DNA from: Azolla caroliniana
Lineage: Eukaryota; Plantae; Polypodiophyta
Direction: 5' to 3'
DNA length: 64,000 nt
Assembly (NCBI GenBank): GCA_043228905.1
Contig: JBHGNT010000006.1
Span: forward strand, 12,710,001-12,774,000
In this document: piece after piece, positions 63,413 to 64,000 of the stretch
How the letters are laid out: every line of letters starts with the position of its first letter
Position numbering within the stretch: position 1 is the stretch's first letter
Translations under genes and position numbers: made by a program
Notes under the pieces: generated by a model
Database searches by the model: none
The model's input: the letters and a program-made list of their open reading frames with translations, nothing else
Told to the model about the DNA's origin: nothing

Positions 63413-64000
63413 ATGATCATCAGGATAGGGATGACACTATCAGGACACAACAAGCGATACAAAAGTATTGGGCAGAAAAAGAAAAGAAAACATCGTCAAT
63501 TGTTGAAGGATACGAAAGCCACACTCACTAAAGGTAAAGATAGTATTGGTTGGGATATAGGTCTAAATATCACTGAGAATGGAAGTAATGAGACTACTAT
63601 CATAGAGAGAAAGGTTGTAGACTATTTCAATGTTCAAACCAAGCACATCAGCAATGAAGATAAGAAGGTAGTACTTTATGGAATATTAAATGATCCATCG
63701 ATAAAGGAGTTAGTTGATTGTGATGGTCTTAATGCAACCATAACATCTGTACTAGTAAATAATCTCCGTAATAGTTTCGTATCCATGAGTAGATCAGAAG
63801 ATGATCTTGTCTTAAAAAGGTCTAGTCTAATGATGTTACTTAATAGTGATGTTGACGATATTAACATCAGTGTGCTATCTAAGGTAATTGGTGATAGTAG
63901 AAAAAGTGTGTACAATACATTGAACCGAGTAGTTTCCTTGGGTGAAGGAACTAGTCTGCTAAAGCTAACAACAAGATGTAAGCCAATGACACCCATAACA
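63413..64000 (+). CDS. Open frame of at least 196 codons running off the window end; HTH-like segment, possibly the N-terminus of another transposon protein
   Basis: Manual translation shows no stop from ATG 63413: ...QKKKRKHRQLL...NISVLSKVIGDSRKSVYNTLNR...; missing from the ORF track because it has no stop. Confidence 0.55.
   Translation, partial: MIIRIGMTLSGHNKRYKSIGQKKKRKHRQLLKDTKATLTKGKDSIGWDIGLNITENGSNETTIIERKVVDYFNVQTKHISNEDKKVVLYGILNDPSIKELVDCDGLNATITSVLVNNLRNSFVSMSRSEDDLVLKRSSLMMLLNSDVDDINISVLSKVIGDSRKSVYNTLNRVVSLGEGTSLLKLTTRCKPMTPIT

Noticed and set aside
63676-63996. Minus-strand 106-aa ORF
   Set aside because: Antisense shadow of the longer plus-strand open frame.
60178-64000. 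Right terminal inverted repeat of the transposase-MTase element
   Set aside because: None could be identified by eye, and the left end is deleted, so no pairing is possible; the element boundaries remain undefined.

Overview
Eukaryotic land-plant DNA, probably from a large-genome fern or similar lineage (inferred from TE families, the PPR gene style and microsatellite density). Bases 1-33.6 kb are a nest of decayed Ty1/Copia elements. One outer element (5469-33560) encloses an apparently intact two-ORF non-LTR retrotransposon and at least five other Copia pieces. Bases 35-44.6 kb hold two host genes: a two-exon D6PK-like AGCVIII kinase and an intronless PLS-E PPR gene. Bases 45-52.5 kb hold a degenerate DDD-transposase copy and a decayed Ty3/Gypsy element. 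The most striking region is 52.5-64 kb. A Sola-like DDD transposase is transcribed divergently from a six-exon gene encoding a ParB/Srx-like domain fused to a prokaryote-type beta-class N6-adenine/N4-cytosine DNA methyltransferase. Intron 1 of that gene carries an array of 25-bp palindromes at an exact 51-bp period, with spacers in both orientations. Further unknown ORFs follow. This looks like a DNA transposon carrying its own DNA-modification module; this copy is mildly pseudogenised. All family assignments come from motif recognition by eye, not database searches.
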